Positions 43,606 through 52,225 of a stretch of DNA of 64,000 nt are shown here, piece after piece (the stretch's first letter is position 1; the number at the start of each line of letters is the position of its first letter). The stretch lies in the NCBI GenBank assembly GCA_011170375.1, contig DUEV01000002.1, positions 263,052 to 327,051 of the forward strand. The letters are read 5' to 3'. The stretch is from Dehalococcoidia bacterium (lineage in GTDB: Bacteria > Chloroflexota > Dehalococcoidia > Dehalococcoidales > Fen-1064). The notes under the pieces were generated by a model, which was not told the origin of the DNA, ran no database searches, and was given only the letters and a program-made list of their open reading frames with translations. A program made the position numbers and the translations under genes.

Positions 43606-45123
43606 ATGGGAAGAAACGGAGTGCTCGTAGAGCCATACCAACGACTGAATGAAGTGCAGATAGAGAAGATACATCAGGCTTCACTGAGTATCCTACTTGA
43701 TCCAGGTATTATCTGCTTTAACAAAGACGCAGCTCAGGTCTTTGGTGATAACGGCGCTGAGGTTGAGCCGGGCGCTCAGGAAGATAGCTGGCTAGTCAGG
43801 ATACCCGAAAAAATCATATCAGAAGCAGTATCAGCGGCACCGAAGGTAGTGAAACTGGGAGCCCGCGACGAGGACAACTGCCTTGTTCTTGACGGGAGTG
43901 AGCCTAGGATACACTTTGCCTCTGGCTCCGAGGCCAATAATTGGCTCGACGTGGATATAGAGCCGTTTATCAGCAAACGAGACCCCAGTAAAGAGATGGC
44001 TTTTCCTGTGTTCACTATCCGGAAGGGCACGGTGGATAGACTGGCGCAAGCAGCACACCTCTGCGAGCACCTGGACTCGTGGGACAGCTTCCTGCGCACA
44101 GTCAATATCCAAGACGACGATATTGACGATACCAACAAGGATGTCAACAAGTTCTTTGCCTCTCTGAACAATACCACCAAGCACGTCATGTCCGGACTGA
44201 CCGACCTCAGCCAGCTCGAAAACGTGCTCAAGATGGCGGAGATTATTGCGGGGGGTCAAGACAAGCTCAGAGATAATCCCATTATTTCTTTTATCACCTG
44301 CACAATTAAGAGCCCTCTTCAGCTTGTAGACGATACTTCACAGAAAGCCATAGAAGTAGCCAGGAGAAAGATTCCGCTAGTAATTTCGAGTTCCCCTCAG
44401 GGTGGCTCGACTGCCCCAATAACGGAAGAAGGTATGGTATCCCAGATAAACGCCGAGATTCTGGTGGGAATAGCCCTGGCCCAGCTGGTTAGTAAAGGGG
44501 CACCGGTGCTATATGGCAGCGTGCCTGTTAGAACCCGCCTGGATGACCTTAATGACTCCTACGGAGTCCCCGAGTTCAGCCAGTACAACATAGACTGCGT
44601 CCAAATGGCACGTTACTATGGCCTGCCGTGCTATTCTACAGCCGGCGTCTCTGATGTGGAGGTACCCGGCATACAGGCCCTGGTGGAGAGGCTATTCTCG
44701 CACATCCTGGTAGCTCTATCTGGTGCACAATACATCCACTATGCCTTCGGTTTACTGGAACGGACGAATACCTTTTGCCCCGTTCAAGCCATACTCGACA
44801 ATACACACATCGAAATGGTCAAGAGATTTGTTCAAAAGTCGGATTTTACAGACGACTCGATTACGGAATGTCTGGAGCAGGTACGGAGAGTCATGGGTAC
44901 GTCACACAAGCTGTATATGCGCTTTGTTCGTAAAGCCCTGCGCTCCGGTGAGATAGCCCCCCCTTATCCCTTCGAAAGCAAAGGAATGACAGACGAGACC
45001 ATGCTACGTGCCAGGGAACGGATGGACGAAATACTATCATTGCCATCCTGCCATATGGACAAAGCAACGGTAGATATGATATATCAACAAGTACCTGGCC
45101 TGTTACCTAGGCTGCGCAGCTAG
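43606..45123 (+). CDS. MttB superfamily protein, non-pyrrolysine, paralog 2
   Basis: 505 aa. YQRLNEVQIEKIHQASLSILLDPGI...FGDNGAEVE. It has no in-frame TAG and is clearly diverged from paralog 1. Confidence 0.9.
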   Translation: MGRNGVLVEPYQRLNEVQIEKIHQASLSILLDPGIICFNKDAAQVFGDNGAEVEPGAQEDSWLVRIPEKIISEAVSAAPKVVKLGARDEDNCLVLDGSEPRIHFASGSEANNWLDVDIEPFISKRDPSKEMAFPVFTIRKGTVDRLAQAAHLCEHLDSWDSFLRTVNIQDDDIDDTNKDVNKFFASLNNTTKHVMSGLTDLSQLENVLKMAEIIAGGQDKLRDNPIISFITCTIKSPLQLVDDTSQKAIEVARRKIPLVISSSPQGGSTAPITEEGMVSQINAEILVGIALAQLVSKGAPVLYGSVPVRTRLDDLNDSYGVPEFSQYNIDCVQMARYYGLPCYSTAGVSDVEVPGIQALVERLFSHILVALSGAQYIHYAFGLLERTNTFCPVQAILDNTHIEMVKRFVQKSDFTDDSITECLEQVRRVMGTSHKLYMRFVRKALRSGEIAPPYPFESKGMTDETMLRARERMDEILSLPSCHMDKATVDMIYQQVPGLLPRLRS

Positions 45124-45149
45124 GAGCTGTACTAGAGAGGAAAAGCGAA

Positions 45150-45848
45150 ATGACTGAAGATATTATCGCACTAATAAAGGAAAACGTTATCCAGGGAAGG
45201 GTAACTGCAGATGACGAAGGTATGGATGAAGGATGGGTGGGCAAACCGGGAGTTACCGAACTGGTGGAACAGGCCCTCGCCGAGAATGTCAGTGTGGCAG
45301 ATATTATCAACAAGGGCCTTACCGACGGCATGAGCGTGGTCGGTGAGAAATTCGAGTCCAAGGAGTACTTTATTCCCGACATGCTCGCTTCGGCGGAAGC
45401 GGTTGGTAGTGCCATGGAAATACTAGAGCCGCACCTGAGCAAGAGTGGCATAGAAGCCAAAGGTAAAATCATTGTGGCCACTGTAAAAGGTGACCTCCAT
45501 GACATTGGCAAGAATATCGTGTCGATACTACTTCGAGGTTCCGGTTACATAGTAAAAGACCTCGGGAACGATGTTGAGCCTCAGGCTATCGTGGATGCGG
45601 TGAAAAAAGAAAATCCACAGTTTGTCGGCCTATCAGCGCTACTTACCAGCACCATGGTGAATATGGGTGAGACGATACAGGCCCTCAAGGACAACGGGCT
45701 GAGAGACAAGGTGAAAGTAATCATCGGTGGCGCGCCAGTCTCGGAAGAGTTTGCCCAGAGTATTGGCGCTGATGGCTACGGCGCCGACGGATTCCAAGCA
45801 GTAGCCATAGTCGAGTCCCTGGCCTCAGGCAGCGGTGGGAACAGCTAA
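45150..45848 (+). CDS. Corrinoid (cobalamin-binding) protein, MtgC/MttC-like
   Basis: 232 aa. An N-terminal helical cap, then DxHxxG (GDLHDIGKNIV), SxL (LSALLT) and GG (IIGGAPV). This is the complete base-off/His-on B12 motif set. Confidence 0.9.
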   Translation: MTEDIIALIKENVIQGRVTADDEGMDEGWVGKPGVTELVEQALAENVSVADIINKGLTDGMSVVGEKFESKEYFIPDMLASAEAVGSAMEILEPHLSKSGIEAKGKIIVATVKGDLHDIGKNIVSILLRGSGYIVKDLGNDVEPQAIVDAVKKENPQFVGLSALLTSTMVNMGETIQALKDNGLRDKVKVIIGGAPVSEEFAQSIGADGYGADGFQAVAIVESLASGSGGNS

Positions 45849-47077
45849 TGGCTCAGGAAATAGACGCATATAATGAGGCACTGAGCAGTGGCCAGTATGA
45901 GAAGCCCGGCGGCCTCATTGGCAAATACGACAACGCACGCCGCTTCTGGGAGGACGAGCAACTCGGCCTTTACCTGCGTCCATACCTGGAACGGATGGTA
46001 GCCCGCAAACAGAACCGCCGGGAAAAGCTGCATATCATGGATATTGGCTGCGGTAGCGGGGACGGCTTTGAGTTTATCACCAGCATTGACAAAAGCCAGT
46101 CTCCAATTTCGCAGCACGACAGTCGACTTATCACGCCATCCACAGTTGAGCTCTACACAGGGGTTGACATCAACGATGGACTGGTAAAACAGGCACAGGG
46201 CACATACGGGAACCGGGACAATATGGAATTCATCGTTTCGGACTTCAACGACTACCCGTTTACTGAGGGACCACCCTATGATGTCTATCTTGCCAACTAT
46301 GGCACCTTTTCCCACAACACGGATGAACAAACGACAAAAATCCTGAATAAACTCGCCAGACATTCCGATAACGGTGCCATAATCGCTATCGACTGGTTGG
46401 GGCGCTATTCATACGAGTGGCAGTCGCTATGGACCAGGGACTTGAAGAATAACCAGTGGATGGATTATGTCATCTCCTACATTTATACTGAAGACGAGAG
46501 GGAGACACAGGACCTGACCGCCTTTGCACTAAGAATAGTCGGGCGGGCAGAGGTGCAGCACATCTACCATCAGGCGAAAAAGATGGGAGGAGGGGCTCTC
46601 GTGCTACGCAAGCTGGTTGACCGCTCCTCATTTGTCGGCCGGCACATGGACACGAAACAATATAATCCTCATGCCCAACCCCTCCGTGGGTTAGTAAACT
46701 CGCTCTTCGAACCCAACGTTTCCACCAATCTGGATGAACTAATGATAGACTATGTCCCTATGGAAGGCTTTGATGAAGTAAACGCCTACCACCGTGAACT
46801 GACCAGGTGGTGGAACTACCTCATAGCTTGCATCAAGGCACTGCTGGAGAAAAAGGCTACCCCGGAAGCCCCGGCAAGGACACCCGGTGTTGTCACGAGG
46901 GCACTCAGCGCTATGAAGAAAACAATCAGAAGTGCTGACAGAATCAAAATTGGCAACCCACGGAGCAGCCTGATTGAGCCACAGCTTGGCTACTGTCTCA
47001 GGGAGCTCGAGATAGGCCTACAAAAAGGACTCGGCTGCGGTCACGGACTGGTAGCCATTTTCGAGATTGTGAAATAG
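45848..47077 (+). CDS. Large class I SAM-dependent methyltransferase (409 aa) with an uncharacterised C-terminal half
   Basis: Motif I IMDIGCGSGDGFEF, then GVDINDGLV. The ATG overlaps the corrinoid protein's TAA (TAATG). Confidence 0.65.
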   Translation: MAQEIDAYNEALSSGQYEKPGGLIGKYDNARRFWEDEQLGLYLRPYLERMVARKQNRREKLHIMDIGCGSGDGFEFITSIDKSQSPISQHDSRLITPSTVELYTGVDINDGLVKQAQGTYGNRDNMEFIVSDFNDYPFTEGPPYDVYLANYGTFSHNTDEQTTKILNKLARHSDNGAIIAIDWLGRYSYEWQSLWTRDLKNNQWMDYVISYIYTEDERETQDLTAFALRIVGRAEVQHIYHQAKKMGGGALVLRKLVDRSSFVGRHMDTKQYNPHAQPLRGLVNSLFEPNVSTNLDELMIDYVPMEGFDEVNAYHRELTRWWNYLIACIKALLEKKATPEAPARTPGVVTRALSAMKKTIRSADRIKIGNPRSSLIEPQLGYCLRELEIGLQKGLGCGHGLVAIFEIVK

Positions 47078-47116
47078 GTCCCGCACAGGCCAAGACTTCA
47101 GGAGGACCCCCATTAG

Positions 47117-48634
47117 ATGAGCGGACTGGCTGTTGCCTTTGGCGACTCAGGTCGAAATGAAATAAACGCCATCATGCGCAAGATTGCCCACCGAGGTCCG
47201 TATACCTCAGGGGTATACGAAAACGGTCGTATTATCATGGCCCAGAACTACCTCCAGGCGGACGGCACCACTGCCGATGGCAGCAATATCCCCGTCCGGA
47301 GTAGCCACAATACAGACCTGGCAATCTGTTACGATGGACAAATCGGCAACTGGCCCGAGCTTACCCAACGATATGACATACCAGATGGTGCCTATAAAGA
47401 AGAACGATTACTGCTAGCCCTTTATGAAAAATACGGTCTGGATATGCTCCGGCATCTGAATGATGCCATTTTTACCTTTGTTATTTCTGATGGAAAAGAC
47501 CTTTTTGCCGCTCGTGACCTGCTCGGTATAAAAACCATGTTCTACGGCCGTAAAGACGATACCCTGTATCTTGCCTCGGAACTCAAGGCCATATTAGCAG
47601 TAACCGATGAGGTCTACGAGTTCCCCAACGGGCACTACCTTGACCAGAGCGAGCGGTTTACCCGATTCGCTGGGCTGCCACAAAGTCCGCCCAGGTTCTG
47701 GGACTACGACGTCGAGAAGATGGCGGCGGACATCCGCGAAATCATCGAGCGCAGCTTCCGAAACCGGATTGATTTCTCAGTACCCACCGGGGGTCTGCTC
47801 AGTGGTGGGATGGACAGCAGCGTCATCAACTATCTCGCCAGCAAAGCCTATAAGAAGAAGCATGGGCAGACAGCCAGACTAAAGACATTTGCTCTCGGCG
47901 TCGGAGAGAGTAGCGACATCCTGTCTGCCCGCATCATGGCCGAACATATAGATTCCGAGCACCATGAATTACTTGTTGACCTCAAGCAGATACTGGAAGT
48001 CCTTCCCGAGGTAATCTACTACCTGGAGAGCTTCGACCCGTCGCTGGTCAGAAGTGCCGTGTCCAACTACCTCATCTCACGATATGCCAGGGACCACGGT
48101 ATCCAGATACTACTCTCTGGAGAGGGCGGGGACGAGATATTCTGCGGGTATAAGTACCTGGAAAATTACCCTGCCGATGAACTGTTTGCCAAGCAGATGG
48201 AATGCCTCGGTTTCCTGCACAATAATGCTTCACTTCGGCTCGACCGCATGAATATGTGCAATTCTGTCCGTGTTGTCGCCCCGTTGATATCGGGAGAGCT
48301 GCTGCAGTACGCCATGTCGATACCCCCACAGTACAAGCAGAAGCCTGAGGGAAGCGGGAAGATGGAGAAATGGATTTTCCGCAAGGCCTACGAAGCCCTG
48401 CTGCCCGAATCTATCTTATGGCGGGGCAAGCAGGAATTCTCCCAGGGCTCAGGCTCTGCCGGTGTCCTGCCAGCCCACTTTGAAAAACAGTTCTCCGACC
48501 AGGAACTTACCGAGGCCCAGGCCAGATATCCCATAATCCGCAGCAAAGAAGAGCTCTACTATTTCAATGTCTTCACCGAGCACTTCGGGACAGACCATAC
48601 TGTGGCAACCGTGGGACAGTGGATATCTCTTTAA
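47117..48634 (+). CDS. Asparagine synthetase B-like PP-loop enzyme with Ser in place of the N-terminal nucleophile Cys
   Basis: 505 aa. Starts MSGLAVAF rather than the canonical MCG. It retains HRGP, YDGQIGN, RDLLGIK and the PP-loop SGGMDSS. SD CAGGAGGA. Confidence 0.85.
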   Translation: MSGLAVAFGDSGRNEINAIMRKIAHRGPYTSGVYENGRIIMAQNYLQADGTTADGSNIPVRSSHNTDLAICYDGQIGNWPELTQRYDIPDGAYKEERLLLALYEKYGLDMLRHLNDAIFTFVISDGKDLFAARDLLGIKTMFYGRKDDTLYLASELKAILAVTDEVYEFPNGHYLDQSERFTRFAGLPQSPPRFWDYDVEKMAADIREIIERSFRNRIDFSVPTGGLLSGGMDSSVINYLASKAYKKKHGQTARLKTFALGVGESSDILSARIMAEHIDSEHHELLVDLKQILEVLPEVIYYLESFDPSLVRSAVSNYLISRYARDHGIQILLSGEGGDEIFCGYKYLENYPADELFAKQMECLGFLHNNASLRLDRMNMCNSVRVVAPLISGELLQYAMSIPPQYKQKPEGSGKMEKWIFRKAYEALLPESILWRGKQEFSQGSGSAGVLPAHFEKQFSDQELTEAQARYPIIRSKEELYYFNVFTEHFGTDHTVATVGQWISL

Positions 48635-48685
48635 CGTGCGACGCGTGTCATCAGTTATCGGGCACCGGATACCTTCAAAATTAGC

Positions 48686-48713
48686 TTGACAAACGGCAGG
48701 TAACGGCATAATG
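48686..48713 (+). promoter_or_regulatory. Promoter-like TTGACA-N15/16-CATAATG upstream of the glycyl radical enzyme gene
   Basis: -35 at 48686-48691. The spacing to CATAAT (48707-48712) is only 15 nt, or 16 nt to ATAATG. Confidence 0.35.
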
Positions 48714-48762
48714 TTTGTGGTATAGGGAACTCACCAGAATGACCTGGCTAAAGGAGACAGTC

Positions 48763-51237
48763 ATGGTTATTGCAGAAAAACCGAAATTGAAGGAAGACCG
48801 GATAACTAAGGAGATGAGGAAAGACCTTGCCTACCAGAGCAAGAGCGGACGGGGGGCGGGGAGAATTGAGGCATCCGAAGGAAAGGTTGAGAGAGTTATC
48901 GAAGAAGGACGGATGCCTTATCGCCCGGAAATAAGACTCTGCATTGAGCGGGCCCGGTTAATAACCGAAGGCTATAAGCAGGCGGAAGAAGACCCCATAA
49001 TCCTGAGACGGGCCAAGGCCCTGGCACATTATCTGGACAACCGGACGCTGTATATCCTTCCCCACCAGAGAATCGTGGGCAATAGCGCCAGTGAGCCCTG
49101 CTCACTGATTACCTTCCCGGAGAAGTGGAGCAACTGGCTGGAAAAGGCCGTCGATGGTGAGTATCAGATGCTCTTGCCCGATGAGAAAGACAGGCAGGAG
49201 TTGCATGAGATTCACAAGTACTGGCGTAACAGATCTGTCCACGGCATGGAGCGACGCCTGCTCCCTGAGGATGTACTGGAATACTGGTACTACAACAACC
49301 AGGGGGTATTTATGTGGCTTCATGGCGGCCATGTCGGCACACCGAACTATGAAAGGATGTTTAAGACGGGGCTGAGAGGGGTGGTGGAGGAGGCTAAGGC
49401 CAAACTGGAAGAAACATCCTCGGATCCGGAGCTCTACCTCCATCCCGGAGACTACCTCAACAAAAAGCGCTTCTATGAGGCTGTAATAATAATCACGGAG
49501 GCGGTCATTAACCAGGGCAAGAGGTTCTCCCAGCTATGCCAGCAGGAGGCAGCCGCGGAAAAGGATGAAAAGAGGAAGGCCGAACTGGTGGAGATGGCCG
49601 AGATATGCGAATGGGTGCCAGAGAACCCACCCCGCACCCTCCACGAGGCGTTGCAGTCCTTCTGGTTCATCAACTTGATTGCCAGAGTGCTCGACCTGCA
49701 GACTTCGGGAAATGGTGAGAGAATCGACCAGATATTCTATCCCTTCTACAAGAAGGATAAGGAGGAGGGGAGGCTTACCTATGAGGAGGCCGAGGAACTG
49801 GTAGAGCACCTGGTGCTCATGTTCAACGAGGAAGGGGCACTGATTCCCCCGTCCCAACCAAAGGCCGGTCCCCTGATCACGCGCGTCACTACCATTGGCG
49901 GCGTGACCCGTGAGGGGGCAGACGCTACCAACGAGATGACTTTCATGTTCATGGACGCCAAAAACGAAATGGGGCTTAATCAGCCGGCGCTGGCGGTCAG
50001 GCTACACCCCCAGACCCCCCAGGCACTATACGAAAAGATATTGGAGTCTGTGCTGAAGCAGCCAGGCGTCTATTCTTTCTTCAACGATAGCATGATGATT
50101 CCCTTCCTGATGAACCTGGGCATACCTCTGGAGGATGCCCGTGATTACACCACTGATGGCTGCATGAGGTGGATTATCCCGGGCAAAGCCATGAGCCAGC
50201 GGGCCCTCGGTGGCAGGGTCGCTCTGCCAAAGTGCCTGGAATATGCCCTATACCAGGGAGTGGACAAGTTCAGCGGCAAGCAGGTGGGACCCCGCACCTC
50301 CGACCCCCTGACCTGGACATCCGTTGAGGACGCGATGCAAGGATACGAGGAACAGCTAAGATTCTTCATGCACAAGCTGTTCACCATATACAATCTGGTG
50401 GACATGCTTGACGGAGAATGGCTGCCGCAGCCTTTCCTTTCTGCCGTGGTGGATGACTGTATTGAGCAGGGGAAGGATGTCCGCGAATATAAATATTACC
50501 CCAACACCATCATTCAGCCGGTCGGTCAGGTGACCATAATCAACTCCTTGGCAGCCATGAGAAAGCTGGTATTCGACGATAAGAAAGTGTCCATGGCAGA
50601 GCTGCTCGATGCCCTCAGGAACAACTGGGAAGGCAAGGAAGACCTGCGTCAGATGTTCCTCAATGAGCCCCCCAAGTGGGGTAACGATGATGACTACGTC
50701 GACCTCATCGGACGTGACTTCTACACGAGGACGAACAGGGTGGTAAAGAGCTTTAAGAACATCTGGGGCGTCTCCCATAACGAGGACGGGACCGGAGCCT
50801 CAACCTACTTCGACTACAGCGGGATGACCGGCGCCACGCCTGACGGCAGAAAAGACCTCGACCTGTTCAATGACGGCACGGTATCCCCAGCCGTCGGTAC
50901 AGATTTGAAGGGGCCGCTGGCAACCATGAAGTCGGTGAGTAAAATTGACCATGCCGGCACCTTCACCCACCTGTTCAATCAGAAGTTTACCCCGGCTGAG
51001 GTGAAGAGGAACGACGGGGCCAACTTCATTGCCCTGCTCAGGACGTTCGTTGACCTCGGCATCCATCATACCCAGTTTAACGTGAGTGACCGGGAGACAC
51101 TGCTGGATGCCCAGAAGCACCCAGAGAAGTACGGTGACCTGGTGGTCAGGGTGGCTGGACTGGCCGCCTACTTCGTCGACCTGACCAAACCGGTGCAGGA
51201 CCAGATTATCGCCCGGACGGAGCTGAGCTTCGGTTGA
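48763..51237 (+). CDS. Glycyl radical enzyme, PFL2/eliminase-like clade, atypical active-site loops
   Basis: 824 aa from the ATG at 48763 (SD AAAGGAG); the track start at 48715 is 16 codons longer. N-terminal RARLITEGYKQAE...RIVGN. Cys loop LEDARDYTTDGCMRW (TGC at 50161). C-terminal glycine radical motif VVRVAGLAAYFVDL...QDQIIARTE (GGA at 51157). Confidence 0.9.
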   Translation: MVIAEKPKLKEDRITKEMRKDLAYQSKSGRGAGRIEASEGKVERVIEEGRMPYRPEIRLCIERARLITEGYKQAEEDPIILRRAKALAHYLDNRTLYILPHQRIVGNSASEPCSLITFPEKWSNWLEKAVDGEYQMLLPDEKDRQELHEIHKYWRNRSVHGMERRLLPEDVLEYWYYNNQGVFMWLHGGHVGTPNYERMFKTGLRGVVEEAKAKLEETSSDPELYLHPGDYLNKKRFYEAVIIITEAVINQGKRFSQLCQQEAAAEKDEKRKAELVEMAEICEWVPENPPRTLHEALQSFWFINLIARVLDLQTSGNGERIDQIFYPFYKKDKEEGRLTYEEAEELVEHLVLMFNEEGALIPPSQPKAGPLITRVTTIGGVTREGADATNEMTFMFMDAKNEMGLNQPALAVRLHPQTPQALYEKILESVLKQPGVYSFFNDSMMIPFLMNLGIPLEDARDYTTDGCMRWIIPGKAMSQRALGGRVALPKCLEYALYQGVDKFSGKQVGPRTSDPLTWTSVEDAMQGYEEQLRFFMHKLFTIYNLVDMLDGEWLPQPFLSAVVDDCIEQGKDVREYKYYPNTIIQPVGQVTIINSLAAMRKLVFDDKKVSMAELLDALRNNWEGKEDLRQMFLNEPPKWGNDDDYVDLIGRDFYTRTNRVVKSFKNIWGVSHNEDGTGASTYFDYSGMTGATPDGRKDLDLFNDGTVSPAVGTDLKGPLATMKSVSKIDHAGTFTHLFNQKFTPAEVKRNDGANFIALLRTFVDLGIHHTQFNVSDRETLLDAQKHPEKYGDLVVRVAGLAAYFVDLTKPVQDQIIARTELSFG

Positions 51238-51268
51238 ACGGCATAGGGTTATCGTACTGTCTCGGCCT

Positions 51269-52183
51269 GTGAGCGGCATGGAAGAAGAGCGCGGTCTGGT
51301 ATTCCTCATCCAGAGGTACAGCGTCCAGGACGGCCCCGGCCTGAGGACTACCATATTCATGAAGGGGTGCCCGCTGCGGTGTCAGTGGTGCCAGAACCCC
51401 GAGTCTCTTAGTCTTCACCCCGACCTCATGACCCACGACACGAAGTGTATGCTGCTCGGTAAATGCGCTGATGCTTGTCCCCTGGGGGCGATTACTATCG
51501 ACCGGAAGAGCCGGAAGATTGACCGTGCCAAGTGCGACCTCTGCTTTCACTGTGTCGACACCTGCCCCACTAAAGCCCTGAGCAAGGTGGGGGAATACAT
51601 GACAGTGGCAGAGGTAATGGCGGAAATCGAGCGGGACGAGCTCTTCTATCGTCGGTCGGGTGGGGGGGTAACAGTCTCGGGTGGCGAGCCGCTGCTTCAA
51701 TGGCAATTCGTCCATAGGCTATTAGAGGCGTGCAAGCAGAGACACCTGCACACTGCTCTGGACACCTGCGGATACGCCCAATGGCCCATACTGGAAAAAG
51801 TCTTAGAGCATGTCGACCTCGTTCTCTACGACATCAAGCACATTGACCCGGAGCTTCACAAGAAAGCCACCGGCAAGAGCAACCAGCGCATTCTGCGTAA
51901 TCTGCACCTGATACCTCCCCACAAAAAGGTTTGGCTCAGGCTCCCCCTCATCCCCGGATTCAACGATTCCAGAGAGAATCTAACGGAACTCGGCAAACTG
52001 GGGCAGGAAATCGGGGTGGAGAAGGTGAGTATCCTCCCCTATCACAAGCTGGCGGAGGAGAAATACCGGCAACTAGGCATGCAGCGTAAGATGTCCCCCC
52101 TCAAGCCCCCGACCAAAAGGCAGCTCCAGAAGGTGCAGCCACTTATCGAGAGCTTTGGCCTGCAGGTGACTATTGGGAGTTAG
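51269..52183 (+). CDS. Glycyl-radical enzyme activating protein (radical SAM with two auxiliary ferredoxin-like clusters)
   Basis: IQRYSVQDGPGLRTTIFMKGCPLRCQWCQNPE (CxxxCxxC), plus CMLLGKCADACP and CDLCFHCVDTCP. The track start is a GTG at 51269, with an alternative ATG at 51278. Confidence 0.9.
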   Translation: MSGMEEERGLVFLIQRYSVQDGPGLRTTIFMKGCPLRCQWCQNPESLSLHPDLMTHDTKCMLLGKCADACPLGAITIDRKSRKIDRAKCDLCFHCVDTCPTKALSKVGEYMTVAEVMAEIERDELFYRRSGGGVTVSGGEPLLQWQFVHRLLEACKQRHLHTALDTCGYAQWPILEKVLEHVDLVLYDIKHIDPELHKKATGKSNQRILRNLHLIPPHKKVWLRLPLIPGFNDSRENLTELGKLGQEIGVEKVSILPYHKLAEEKYRQLGMQRKMSPLKPPTKRQLQKVQPLIESFGLQVTIGS

Positions 52184-52225
52184 GGGTTATATATAGTAGC
52201 CTCAGGAGTATATCGGTACGGGTGT

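Noticed and set aside
41336-45123. Pyrrolysine (in-frame UAG) in the MttB homologs
   Set aside because: Both reading frames are continuous from start to stop with no internal TAG, and no pylTSBCD-like genes are in the window. These are non-Pyl family members.
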